A stretch of 63,795 nt of DNA, filler included, from Octopus bimaculoides (GCF_001194135.2; 4 parts of 3 records of this genome joined end to end with filler, not necessarily neighbours in it), one strand, 5' to 3'. Counted from the first letter of the whole stretch, positions 1 through 12,423 are shown. Notes: generated by a model not told the origin, from the letters alone. A program made the numbers and translations.

Positions 1-39
<39 letters not shown>

Positions 40-44
40 ACTAA

Positions 45-490
45 TAGAAACAGTAGAGCGCATAAAATAAATTCAACCGTCACTAAGTGTTACTAAGGGT
101 ACCAAGACACCTACAGTGCTACAAATAAGAGTTAAAATACTCTTACTGCTGTAGGAAGCCCACAAATGCTAACAGGGGTTGTAACTACCCATCACCAACT
201 CGGGAATCATTCAGACTAAACGTTGTTTCGACTATTTCCGTAGGATTCATGAGTGAGGACCTCGGGCAATTCTGTCTGTCATCATGTATGTATTTTACCA
301 TAGAAGTCTATAGATGAATTAGCGGAATGCTAATGCATATACAAAATATCAATATAAATGGCAGAGAGCAATGCGATACCATAAAGAAAAATTCGATCGT
401 CACTAAATGTGACTAAGCGTACCAAGACACCTACACCTAGATATAAGAGTTGAAATACTCTTAATGTTGTAGGATGCCAACAAATGAATA
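45..490. repeat. Diverged ~125-bp direct repeat pair (about 45-175 and 360-490)
   Basis: Shared cgtcactaa.tgt.actaag.gtaccaagacacctaca...ataagagtt.aaatactctta...gtagga.gcc.acaaatg. Confidence 0.8.
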
Positions 491-829
491 CACACACACA
501 CACATACACACACAAACACGCACACACACACACACACACACGCTTACGCACACGCACACACACATAATTTAGAGAAAAGAACCAAAGTTCATGAACTCAT
601 CCATGAAAATCCATAGTCACATATAGAAAAATTTAATAAGTAAATACACTAAAAAGAACTATAATAAAATACATAGTAATAATCAATAAAATAATAAAAC
701 GACTACACGTGTTTCATAACCAAAATTTAAAATAGAAAATGAAACCTAATCAAATCGATTAAATGAAATCGATCGAAAATCAATTCTATTAAAGAATATA
801 ACAATAATAATAATAAAATGAAGGTATAT

Positions 830-2160
830 ATATCAACCAACAATAAATAACAAATGATTTTATATAAAAATACTTATTATATCAAGAATTAAAAGTACTT
901 ATTTTACTAATAAAAAAAAGAAAAATGTTTAACGATATTATACTTATCGAAGCTTTAGTTTAAACTAAAATTAAACTGTATTCTATTAACATATCGTTTA
1001 TTAGAATATCAGCTAACAATATATAACAAATGAATTTCTATAAAAATACTTATTTTAACAATAAATAAAAGAAAAATGTTTAACAATATTATTAAAAATA
1101 AATGTAATACTTATCTTATCGAAGTTTTAGGTTAAACTAAAATTATAAACGTGACATTATTAACTTTACCTTTTTGGAATATAAACTAACAGAAATATTA
1201 AATGAATTTATATAAAAATACTTATTTCACCAATAAATAAAAGAAAAAACATTTAACAATATTATTGAAAATAAATGCAAAGCTTATCTTAACGAATCTT
1301 TCGTTTGAAATACAATTAAAATGTTATACTATTAACTTAGCGTTTTACTAGAATATAAACTAACAATACATGAACTTATATAAAAATACTTATTTTACCA
1401 ATAAATCAAAGAGAAATATTAAACAATATTATTGAAAAAATTCAAAACTAATCTCATTGCAGTTTTGGTTTAAACTAAAATTTTAAACGTTATGCTATTA
1501 ACTTAGCATTAAATAGTATATCAACTAACAATAAATAACAAGTGAATTTATATAAAAATACTTATTTTACCAATAAATAAAAGAAAAACATTTAATAATA
1601 GTATTGAAAAGATAAATGCAATATTTATCTTATCGAAGTTTTAGGTTAAACTAAAATTATGAACGTTATATTATTAACTTTACGTTTATTATAATATAAA
1701 CTAATAAAAATAATAAATTAATTTATATAAAAATATTTATATCACCAATAAATAAAAGAAAAAACATATAACAAAATTATTGAAAAAAAATGCAAAACTT
1801 ATCTAATCGAATTTTTAGATTAAATAAAATTTTAAATGTTATACTATTAACATAACCTTAATTAGAATATTAACTAATAATAAATGAAATTATATAAAAA
1901 TACTTATTTTACCAATAAATCAAAAAGAAACATTAAACAATATTATTGAAAATAAATGCAACACTAATCTAATCGAAGTTTTGGTTTAAACTAAAATGTT
2001 AAACGTTATACTATTAACTTAGTGTTAAATAGGTTATCAACTAACATTAAATAACAAGTGAATTTATATAAAGATACTTATTTTACCAACAAATAAGAGA
2101 AAATCATTTAACAATATTATTGAAAATAAAAGCAATACTTATCTCAACGAAGCTATTTAA
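830..2160. repeat. AT-rich satellite, ~170-180-bp unit, about 7.5 copies
   Basis: The motif aatgaatttatataaaaatacttattttaccaataaataaaagaaaa recurs at about 852, 1028, 1201, 1371, 1543, 1720, 1883 and 2058. Confidence 0.95.
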
Positions 2161-2461
2161 ATTCATTTGTTATTTATTGTTGTTTGATATATATACATTC
2201 ATTTCATTATTATTATTGTTGTATTTTAACCNNNNNNNNNNNNNNNNNNNNNNNNNNNNNNNNNNNNNNNNNNNNNNNNNNNNNNNNNNNNNNNNNNNNN
2301 NNNNNNNNNNNNNNNNNNNNNNNNNNNNNNNNNNNNNNNNNNNNNNNNNNNNNNNNNNNNNNNNNNNNNNNNNNNNNNNNNNNNNNNNNNNNNNNNNNNN
2401 NNNNNNNNNNNNNNNNNNNNNNNNNNNNNCCTAATATTATTATTATTATTATCATTATTAC

Positions 2462-2518
<57 letters not shown>

Positions 2519-2574
2519 CACACACACAGAGTTTTTTTATTCACTCATTAATTACTCCTTCCTTTCTTTTCCAG

Positions 2575-2712
2575 GCTTTATATTTCAAAGATAGACTAGC
2601 TGGTGTGGCTATATGGAATCTGACACTCGGTGATCCGAAAGGGAAAATAAATGGTACTAAGTTTCCAATTGTACAAGCCGTGAAGACAGCCTTATTGTCC
2701 AAAGATAAATGA
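2575..2712 (+). CDS. Terminal exon of a GH18 chitinase / chitinase-like gene (upstream exons lie outside the window or in a gap)
   Basis: Strong acceptor (ctccttcctttcttttccag|G), phase 0. Encodes ALYFKDRLAGVAIWNLTLGDPKGKINGTKFPIVQAVKTALLSKDK*, matching the GH18 C-terminal pattern xxYxKxxxLGGxxxWxxDxDDFxG...xYPLxxxxxxxL. Same exon start position as recalled for animal chitinases. Missing from the ORF track because it is <60 aa. Confidence 0.75.
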   Translation, partial: ALYFKDRLAGVAIWNLTLGDPKGKINGTKFPIVQAVKTALLSKDK

Positions 2713-3151
2713 AGACTTCTTTTCCATCCCATACTCTCTCTTTCTCTCCCTCTCTCTCTCCCTCTTCCCCTTCTTTCTCTCTACCACACAAAATCCTCTC
2801 TTCTTCATTCTGTTACTCCAGTCTGATGAACACGCGTACACGCAGTCACATACACTTACGCTCGCATACACATACATATAATACAGTTATATATATATCT
2901 ACATGCATGCATACATGGACGCAATACAGAGATAGATAGATAAATAGATAGTGGCAGATAGATAGATAAAGAGAGAGAGCGAAAAGGAGAGATAGATGGG
3001 GAGACAGGGAGAGAGAGAGTAATGGAGATAATGAAGGAGATAGGGCTATACATATTTCAAAATAACGTTTGCATGTGCGCGTATGTTTGCGTACACATCT
3101 GTATATTTATTATGTATTCTGGTTGGATAATAGAATGAATATCAGAGACAT

Positions 3152-3167
3152 TAATAAAGCTTTATTA
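3152..3167. terminator. Palindromic bidirectional poly(A) signal TAATAAAGCTTTATTA
   Basis: Perfect 16-bp palindrome with AATAAA on + (3153-3158) and on - (3161-3166). It is the first AATAAA after the stop codon of each of the two convergent genes. Confidence 0.55.
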
Positions 3168-3257
3168 GTGAACCATTATCGACATGCAACCAATGGTGTC
3201 TAGCGGTGTTCGTATCGGTTGATGATGTTACTGTCACGTGAAGGTGCCACTGTTGGT

Positions 3258-3309
3258 TCATTGCGTCGTTAGCGGTTGATTAGGAGTGGGTAGTAAACAA
3301 GGCACGCCT
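3258..3309 (-). CDS. Gene A probable terminal exon (alternative acceptor at 3318 adds PNR)
   Basis: Acceptor ccaaacag| (or ccataag| 9 nt upstream, same frame). Phase 2 compatible, (L)GVPCLLPTPNQPLTTQ*, AATAAA ~90 nt after the stop. The true last exon could instead be hidden in the 3731-4078 gap. Confidence 0.5.
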
Positions 3310-4078
3310 CTGTTTGGGCTTATGGAATTAGGAATTGTGAATGCGTGCGCGTGTTGGTATGTGTGTGTGTGTGTGTGTGCGCGTTTGTGAGTGTATCTAC
3401 GTGTGCTGTGAAGGTATATGAGTCGTGGTAATGCGGGAAAAATAGTTTTCTTTCTGCACCAACGAAAACTACATACGTCTAAATTAAGTGCAAGGTTTAG
3501 CGGGTATTATTGCCTCACTTTATTAAACTTGACTGGTATTTATTTTATGGATCCTGAATGGCGTAAGGGAAAGGTGACCCTGATAAGATTTCAACTCAAA
3601 TAGAAAGGTAGTCAACTGAGTTATTCGAATATTTCCACTTTTAATAATATAGGAATGTGTAGCTTTTTTCTTCCTCGCATACAATGCTTTGGAACTGAAT
3701 TTTGCAAGGTGAGAGTCATGTGGAAGCGCANNNNNNNNNNNNNNNNNNNNNNNNNNNNNNNNNNNNNNNNNNNNNNNNNNNNNNNNNNNNNNNNNNNNNN
3801 NNNNNNNNNNNNNNNNNNNNNNNNNNNNNNNNNNNNNNNNNNNNNNNNNNNNNNNNNNNNNNNNNNNNNNNNNNNNNNNNNNNNNNNNNNNNNNNNNNNN
3901 NNNNNNNNNNNNNNNNNNNNNNNNNNNNNNNNNNNNNNNNNNNNNNNNNNNNNNNNNNNNNNNNNNNNNNNNNNNNNNNNNNNNNNNNNNNNNNNNNNNN
4001 NNNNNNNNNNNNNNNNNNNNNNNNNNNNNNNNNNNNNNNNNNNNNNNNNNNNNNNNNNNNNNNNNNNNNNNNNNNNNN

Positions 4079-4125
<47 letters not shown>

Positions 4126-4407
4126 ATGTATGTATGTATGTATATGTATGTATGTAAATGTGCGTGCGTGTGTATATATATTTATGAATGTATGTGTGTG
4201 TGTGTATCTGTGTGCATATAATACTTCTGTTTCTATTTGAAGTTCGCAAAGAACCGGAGTATAAGGCAGAAAACTTAGTGAACTGTTTCGAGAATTCTAA
4301 AATGAAGTCTTGTAGGAATATATATATATATATATAAAATTTGGATATGTAATATCAAAAGATACACACATTGAGTAATATTTTCAATCCGTGTTACATA
4401 GACATAC

Positions 4408-4483
4408 AATCCATTATCACTTTTGCCATCGGGAAACGCAGCGAACCGGTCATTGTCATATTGGAAACCCCATATCCACGACG
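4408..4483 (-). CDS. Gene A exon 4
   Basis: Long T-rich tract then aacaatag|, donor GGATT|gtatgt. 76 nt, phase 1 to 2. (S)SWIWGFQYDNDRFAAFPDGKSDNG. Confidence 0.7.
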
Positions 4484-5018
4484 CTATTGTTCACAGAATG
4501 ATAGAAAATAAAAAAATAAATAAAATAAATAAATAAAATAAATACAGTGTTATTCTTGTTTATCACGGATTTGTTCTTTTCTTAATCGAAATCTCAATAG
4601 TATTATTCCTGTTTATCTTGGATTTCCAGTAAATGAAAATGTCAGCTTGATAAGAGTTCATTACTCTGTGTCTATACAGAAGTGTTCTCGATCGTTAAAA
4701 GGGGGAGAAAGTATCATCAGCTCCATTGTATTTAGATCAGCTGAAATGAAATCGAGGTCTTCCGTGATAACGCATGGAATGATCTGGTAGCTTGTTTTGG
4801 GTATTATTTTAATCGTTGCAAAATAAAGGAGGAGTAAATGAAATATTAGGGAAAATATGAACTTGTAGTAAAAGAAGTGACAATGAATATTAACTATGGT
4901 TTTCTAATTAATTGCTCTAAGCTGACAATAATATAAACACCAGCCATTACACACACGCACAAACTGCGATACACACTCACTTTAGTTGAACACTCAAATG
5001 TTAAACACCAAGCTTAAT

Positions 5019-5345
5019 TCTGTTATCAATAGCCATATATAAGCCTTTGTTGTAAACAGTCAGAGCTATTATAAATAGCCATATACGGGTCTTTATTTTC
5101 AACTGCCAGAGCCTCTGTTATCAATAGCCATATATAGACTTTTGTTGCCAACAGCCAGAGCTTCTGTTATAAATAGCAATATATGGGCCTTTGCTGTTAG
5201 CAGCCAGAGCCTCTGTTATCACTAGCCATATATGGTCCTTTGTTGCCAACAGCCAAAGCCTCTATTATCAATAGCCATATATGCGTCTTTGTTGTCAGCA
5301 GCCAATGCCTATGATATCAATAGCCATATATGGGCCTTTATCGTC
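5019..5345. repeat. 49-bp minisatellite, about 7 copies
   Basis: Unit tctgttatcaatagccatatatgggcctttgttgccaacagccagagcc. Confidence 0.95.
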
Positions 5346-6452
5346 AACTTTTTCGGACTACATTCCTAGTGTTCCCCACCACTCACAACAAACATAGATG
5401 TAATTCTAATGGAAATTCAAAACGTATTTCACAAATAAAACTTAACAACATGAAAGAGAAAATTTACATCCCGCTTGTCACTACGTTGCTTTCCCTTTTT
5501 TTTACTGCAATGGGTGTACTTTGTGCAGGGATATCAGCTTTTCAACATCAAGCTGAAAAACACTAAGAAGTAGTCATAACCTCGCGTTCAATAATTTTCA
5601 GCTTAATTTTACTTTGCGTAGAAAGAATTTGGGCAGCTGTACTCTACTGAATATGATGTTGGGAGAGCAATAAAGTACATCTTGACTTTGTGCCACAGGG
5701 CAGAGTACCAGTCAGAAATGCATATGATTTTTTGAACTTTGGCCTCAGCTCAGTATCATTTTAAAGTGAAACCAATTCTTTATCTGCTATTCTTGTTTAC
5801 TCATTACAGATATCTAGGAATCACTCGGACTGGTATTTCAAGCAAAAGTAAATATACTGAAGTCTGTCAGATATATCTTTGTGCAGCTCATATTTGCACA
5901 GAGACATATGTATGTGAACAATATACTTAAGCAACACAAGTGTGAACAATACACGTGAATGTTATCTTCTGGTATGCGCTTTTCCATTTCCAAATCAGAA
6001 AGGCTCTGAAACTAAAAGAACTCACGACGGCTTATGTTACATTTGAATAACTTTAACTTGAAGAGAAACGTGGAGAGGACTAATTTTACCTCGAAAAGTT
6101 TAACCCCATCTCCTTGCAGTGGCAAATTAATTTCATTGAGCTTTGTGATTCCTGCTTGATACTTTTTAGTTCATCACAAAAACAAAAAGCAAAAAACACA
6201 AACAAAACAAAAACAGAATTCGAGTCTTGCAAGAATTCAACAACTGTTTTAAAAAGGGGATAGAAACTTTCTGGCGGTTTCCCATTATCCTCCATCAAAC
6301 TACTGTATGCAACAACAGTAATTCAAAATCTTTATCATTCCTAATGTAGAACTGTTGAATCAGTAAGGAATCAATTTTATCAAACATGTGCCTTGATTTT
6401 ATTTACTTCTGTGATAACAGTGCTCAACAATTTGTTAAGTCCACCACCAAAG

Positions 6453-6641
6453 TTATTTGGTTTCTTCTCTTTCTTCTTTTTTGCCTTCTTCCTCGTTTGT
6501 TGTCGAGGGAGTTGCCTCTGTGTTGGGAGGGCCACATTCTACTCGCAAGTGGCCCTTCTGCCCACACTTCAAACAGCGTGGTTTCCTCCCCTCGACTTGT
6601 ACTTTTAAAACGACGTCCTCTCCTAAACACAGAATTACTTC
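6453..6641 (-). mobile_element. Retroelement ORF1/gag remnant with CCHC zinc knuckle
   Basis: Unlisted frame reads EVILCLGEDVVLKVQVEGRKPRCLKCGQKGHLRVECGPPNTEATPSTTNEEEGKKEEREETK* (CX2CX4HX4C). Flanks (about 6050-6900) are probably the same decayed non-LTR element. Confidence 0.6.
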
Positions 6642-7339
6642 TCATCAAGAGAAAAACAAGAAATTTTTTAAGCAAATTCTCCCAAAGGAGAACTCAAAAG
6701 TTCAAAGGTTCAATCCCTTCCCCCATAGGATGAAGGATACAGTTCAAAAAGTTTCAACAAGTTTCAATAACAATGTTCTTTCCCCCGTAGGGGAAAGCAC
6801 AACATTTCAACAACGGCCACTCAAGCAGGTAACAATTTTAACAAAAAACAATCACAAGCAGCAATACACAACAGGTTCAACAACGATTTTAACAATAACT
6901 CCGCAAATAAAAACACGGCGCTTTGTACCTTACAATTTCTACGTCACATACCTCATTGCACATCACACTGTCAGTACGCATGCGCCTTTATAAGTTTTAG
7001 GACAGCTCACTTGCTATCCCACAGGGGGTATCAGGATTCCACCACAACTCCATGTGCCCTCTATATGCTTTTTAAAAGTCATGCCGTTGTTCTCTTCAAT
7101 TTTTTTTCATATAAGTTTTGTTCCAAGTATCCCAATACTGAGTTCACGAAGACTGGAGCAAATTGCGTCCACATAGCTGTGCCTCGAATTTGGAGGTAGT
7201 TTTTTTTTTTCCATTGAAAAGGAATGTATTGCTTTCGAGGATGAGGCTGACCGCGTCTAGTATGTAGGTTACAGTAAATCTACTGAGGATCGCTTCTCTA
7301 TATTTTTCGACCCAATATTTTATGGCAGTAAGTCCTAAA

Positions 7340-9200
7340 TCATGTGGAATGTTTGTATATAAGTTTGTTACATCAAAACTAACAGCGATTGTTTCCTAAT
7401 TTGGACCAAATCCCTAGAAAATCTGGAAGAATTCAGCACCTTCCTCAATAATCTACACCCTAGACTCAAATTCACAAGACAAATTACCATTTATTGACAT
7501 AACGCACCTTACCCTCAGCAAGCNNNNNNNNNNNNNNNNNNNNNNNNNNNNNNNNNNNNNNNNNNNNNNNNNNNNNNNNNNNNNNNNNNNNNNNNNNNNN
7601 NNNNNNNNNNNNNNNNNNNNNNNNNNNNNNNNNNNNNNNNNNNNNNNNNNNNNNNNNNNNNNNNNNNNNNNNNNNNNNNNNNNNNNNNNNNNNNNNNNNN
7701 NNNNNNNNNNNNNNNNNNNNNNNNNNNNNNNNNNNNNNNNNNNNNNNNNNNNNNNNNNNNNNNNNNNNNNNNNNNNNNNNNNNNNNNNNNNNNNNNNNNN
7801 NNNNNNNNNNNNNNNNNNNNNNNNNNNNNNNNNNNNNNNNNNNNNNNNNNNNNNNNNNNNNNNNNNNNNNNNNNNNNNNNNNNNNNNNNNNNNNNNNNNN
7901 NNNNNNNNNNNNNNNNNNNNNNNNNNNNNNNNNNNNNNNNNNNNNNNNNNNNNNNNNNNNNNNNNNNNNNNNNNNNNNNNNNNNNNNNNNNNNNNNNNNN
8001 NNNNNNNNNNNNNNNNNNNNNNNNNNNNNNNNNNNNNNNNNNNNNNNNNNNNNNNNNNNNNNNNNNNNNNNNNNNNNNNNNNNNNNNNNNNNNNNNNNNN
8101 NNNNNNNNNNNNNNNNNNNNNNNNNNNNNNNNNNNNNNNNNNNNNNNNNNNNNNNNNNNNNNNNNNNNNNNNNNNNNNNNNNNNNNNNNNNNNNNNNNNN
8201 NNNNNNNNNNNNNNNNNNNNNNNNNNNNNNNNNNNNNNNNNNNNNNNNNNNNNNNNNNNNNNNNNNNNNNNNNNNNNNNNNNNNNNNNNNNNTCCTACTT
8301 ATAGAAAATAGCATACAACGCGAAAAAGAGATGGAACAGCTTAGAGCAACACGAAAAAGACGAACCCATCAAAGGAACACAATACCATTTCTAGTAATAC
8401 ACAATCCGCATCACCAAAACATATTTAATATCATCAAAATTTGCCAATCATGAAACAAAGTGAAAAATTAAAAAAACATAATAACTAATCAAACACTTAT
8501 CTTAAGCAAAAGAAACTATAAACAAAGGCAAAATTCAACATGAAAAACGGAATAACGCACTCACAGTATCCAAGTATAATGATAACAGATGTTGAATGTG
8601 TCAATACTTGCATACGGGTAGAACAAACAATAGACAGATTTTCGCAAATGCAGATATGAACGGCAGAAGCAGAAATTTGGTCTACTGCATTAAATGACCG
8701 AATTGCGAGGAATTATATATAGGCGAGACAGGGAATGCCTTATAGCAATGCTCACGAGTCCACAGACAACAAATCCGGAACACTAATGTTCGTCAAATTC
8801 CATTCAGCGAACATCTAGACATGTTTCTAATTTTTCCTTTCCACAAACTACATGACACAAGTGGGGCTGGAAGAAAGATAAAAGAAAAATGGTTTATTAA
8901 AATGTTCAAACCTGTTCTTAACGGAAATAACAGCGATAATATAACAACCAGTTAATGATGTGGATTGATAAATATAAACAAGTTAGATAATATATCGGTA
9001 CTCCTGGCAAACCGTGATGTTTAAGAGCATGTGGATTGGTCAAAAAGGTATTCTAAAAATTCAGCTGGCTGTAGCGTTCTATAAAGTACTAAAGTTGTCA
9101 ATAATTCGACTGTCAGTTAAACACATTTGAAATCTGATGAGTACACTATGTATGAAAGCGCTAATTTTATTATAAAAACCGAAGTACAAAACGTAATTTC
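7340..9200 (+). mobile_element. Decayed Penelope-like element (Neptune-like): RT C-terminus and GIY-YIG endonuclease, split by an N gap
   Basis: DCFLIWTKSLENLEEFSTFLNNLHPRLKFT..LPFIDI (RT); IPFLVIHNP (thumb); NLVYCIK*PNCEELYIGETG...RVHRQQIR...FSEHL (GIY-YIG). Multiple stops and frameshifts. Confidence 0.85.
9129..9200 (+). ncRNA. Minimal type I hammerhead ribozyme in the PLE 3' repeat
   Basis: gaaat-CTGATGA-gtaca/cta/tgtat-GAAA-gcg...c-GTA-atttc. Stem I (gaaat/atttc) and stem II pair; the base after GAAA deviates from the consensus C. Confidence 0.65.
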
Positions 9201-9654
9201 TTGAGAGTATTTAGTTACTGTCCCTCTTTTTTTAACGAACACAATCAACAAGGACTCAAAGTCAACTATTTTTGTGAGTTGGAAAAATAGACGATTGCAT
9301 TAATAACTTCCTTCTTACACTGCTCCTTCATTACCTGTTTTTCTTGGGTTATACTGGCGTTGGGTGTCAGGCTTATGTTGTACGTAGTGCTATATTCTTT
9401 TTAATTTCCTTAGAAGATTTCTTGCGTCACATACAGTAGAATCTAGGTCTGTTATGTCCCGGTTCATTACCACTGCAAATGGTAAATTACTCATATTCTT
9501 ACTGCATACTTTCACGACATAACCGTACGAATAACATGTGTCTTGGCTTTGTGCGGAGAAACAGATGCAGATAAACAGACAGAGAAAGAGGCAGAGACAG
9601 ACAGAGAGACTGGATAGCTAGCTAGTTAGATAGATAGATTGATAAAAAGACTGA

Positions 9655-9698
<44 letters not shown>

Positions 9699-9757
9699 AA
9701 TAAAGATAGATAGATAGATAGATAGCTAGATAGATAGATAGATAGATAGATAGATAT
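9655..9757. repeat. (GAAA)n(GATA)n microsatellite
   Basis: Visible directly. Confidence 0.95.
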
Positions 9758-10920
9758 AATTACACGCACATATACAAACACAGACACATAGACATATAAA
9801 CATTGATAAACTCAGAAACTAAGAGGTTAGGTTAAACANNNNNNNNNNNNNNNNNNNNNNNNNNNNNNNNNNNNNNNNNNNNNNNNNNNNNNNNNNNNNN
9901 NNNNNNNNNNNNNNNNNNNNNNNNNNNNNNNNNNNNNNNNNNNNNNNNNNNNNNNNNNNNNNNNNNNNNNNNNNNNNNNNNNNNNNNNNNNNNNNNNNNN
10001 NNNNNNNNNNNNNNNNNNNNNNNNNNNNNNNNNNNNNNNNNNNNNNNNNNNNNNNNNNNNNNNNNNNNNNNNNNNNNNNNNNNNNNNNNNNNNNNNNNNN
10101 NNNNNNNNNNNNNNNNNNNNNNNNNNNNNNNNNNNNNNNNNNNNNNNNNNNNNNNNNNNNNNNNNNNNNNNNNNNNNNNNNNNNNNNNNNNNNNNNNNNN
10201 NNNNNNNNNNNNNNNNNNNNNNNNNNNNNNNNNNNNNNNNNNNNNNNNNNNNNNNNNNNNNNNNNNNNNNNNNNNNNNNNNNNNNNNNNNNNNNNNNNNN
10301 NNNNNNNNNNNNNNNNNNNNNNNNNNNNNNNNNNNNNNNNNNNNNNNNNNNNNNNNNNNNNNNNNNNNNNNNNNNNNNNNNNNNNNNNNNNNNNNNNNNN
10401 NNNNNNNNNNNNNNNNNNNNNNNNNNNNNNNNNNNNNNNNNNNNNNNNNNNNNNNNNNNNNNNNNNNNNNNNNNNNNNNNNNNNNNNNNNNNNNNNNNNN
10501 NNNNNNNNNNNNNNNNNNNNNNNNNNNNNNNNNNNNNNNNNNNNNNNNNNNNNNNNNNNNNNNNNNNNNNNNNNNNNNNNNNNNNNNNNNNNNNNNTATA
10601 TATATATATATATATATATATGAAACACTTATACGCCGGTGATGTTGCCAGTTTCAATGTTCTTCTGAATTTCTTTGAGTACCAATTTGGTAGCACACTC
10701 CACGGCGTTTTTCTGACTTGACTTTACACAGTGACGGCTGGTTAGCGTAATGATTTCAGTCACATCAGCTGGACATCTCACTTCAACTGAAAGTTGACAA
10801 AACATTATATATATTTAGATATACATGCACATATACATATACGTATAATAGTTGCAAGTAAGTGATTCTCAAAAAACAACGAATATAGGACTCAGTTCAC
10901 AAATTCACAAATTTCACCTG

Positions 10921-11130
10921 TAACTGCCCCACAGAACACATTTCCAAATACCTTGACCTCATCCTTTCCCCTTTAGTCGCTGCCTTCAGTCTCAGATTCA
11001 TGACACCAACCACTCCCTTCGTATCTACCATTCCTTTTCTTTCCCTCCCGGTTCCTCACGTCTCCTCTTCCCCATGGACATTGAATCTTTATTCATAGTG
11101 TTCACCTACAACGACGGTCTCTTAGTATAG
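10921..11130 (+). mobile_element. Penelope-like RT fragment
   Basis: NCPTEHISKYLDLILSPLV, frameshift, then HDTNHSLRIYHSFSFPPGSSRLLFPMDIESLF...NDGL, matching the PLE PTE.IS..LD..L.PLV / DT / LxTMDV.SLYT motifs. Confidence 0.75.
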
Positions 11131-11199
11131 GCCAGGTCGATACAATTTGGCAGCAGTGATGTCATGGACAGTGCCGTCAGAATCCAGTGAACTGGAACA

Positions 11200-11660
11200 G
11201 ATGTTGCGTGGCATTCATCTATAACAATGCCGGTGGTCAAAACAGACGACAATTATGCGCGTCAACAGATAGATGCGAATTACAGTTGGAAGAATGCGAA
11301 TAACACGTCTTTCAATGTCGTGAAATCATTCTCTCTGTTACGTAAAAAGGAACTCCAACGAATGAACCATATCCAAGACGTGAAGATAATTCAAAACTCA
11401 TTCGTTTACCTGGGTATTTCGATGCCCTCAAATATAAAACTGCTTCACGAAATGTTTGCGTAAATCTGATCAAACATTTCTGAAATGTTTGCGTAAACTG
11501 ATCAAACATTTCTGAGGACTTCAAAGGATATGGAGAAGCATTTTACACCAGTTTGTTGCATCAACCGTCTTCATCCCATACGCCTCATCCAAAGCAGAGA
11601 ATAGCTACCAGTTCTTGGCTCCATCATCTAAAATCTCACATATATTAACAAAGCTAACAA
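11200..11660 (-). mobile_element. Possible Helitron Rep-helicase remnant
   Basis: Stop-riddled frame ICEILDDGAKNW*LFSALDEAYG...LLHIL loosely resembles the Helitron LLxDDxxW..L.EA linker. A 29-bp tandem duplication lies at 11450-11515. Confidence 0.25.
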
Positions 11661-12386
11661 AAATATTTGGCCCATAATATGTAAATAGAGATACGAAGGA
11701 AAAACATTTTATACTGAAAGCGATGTTTCAGCTCTCCAAAGAATCAAAGAACACAAACTAAAATAAAATACGTATAGACTGGCAGTTGTGGTTTAGCATA
11801 CATACATAATATATGCCCCTACCATATATTTATAGTCGTAAACCTTCGTTGTATTATGCTTTCGCTAACTGTTTTAGTTGCCTATATAATCACGAGGAGA
11901 TTTAGAAACATTCTCGGCCCTTTCAACTTGACTCTAGATGAGACAGTTGGATGAAGAGGGCTCTTCTCTGCAATTGGTCTTATACACATTTTCAGGTGAA
12001 GTGACCGGAGCAACATGCAAATCAAAACGACTGTTAATGTTATACTTTTGGAAGCTACTGTTACAGTGATTTCGATTCAAAGTTCCCGAGGTAGCCAACG
12101 AATTTTAGTACACTTCTGAAGGGGGCCAATCATTCCGAAATATATCCATAAGAAGATTCCCAGTACTTTTACCTGCTTGCTTTTGAAAAGCAGGTTGTTT
12201 CAATATCTTTTTTAACCGTTAAAGCTAAGGCTTTTGAATAAATAAATGCAATTGAGCACGACATACCATATTTCAGGTATTCTGAATTAGTATTCTGGGT
12301 GTCAATCTGTTTCTCTCTCCCCCTCTGTGTGTGTCCGGGTCAGTGCGTGTCAGCGTGTGTGTGTAGGTCAGTGTTTGTGTCAGTGT

Positions 12387-12423
<37 letters not shown>

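Noticed and set aside
5330-5566. ORF with a hydrophobic stretch (MKEKIYIPLVTTLLSLFFTAMGVLCAG)
   Set aside because: Begins in the minisatellite, hydrophobicity derives from a T-run, and there is no splice or family support.
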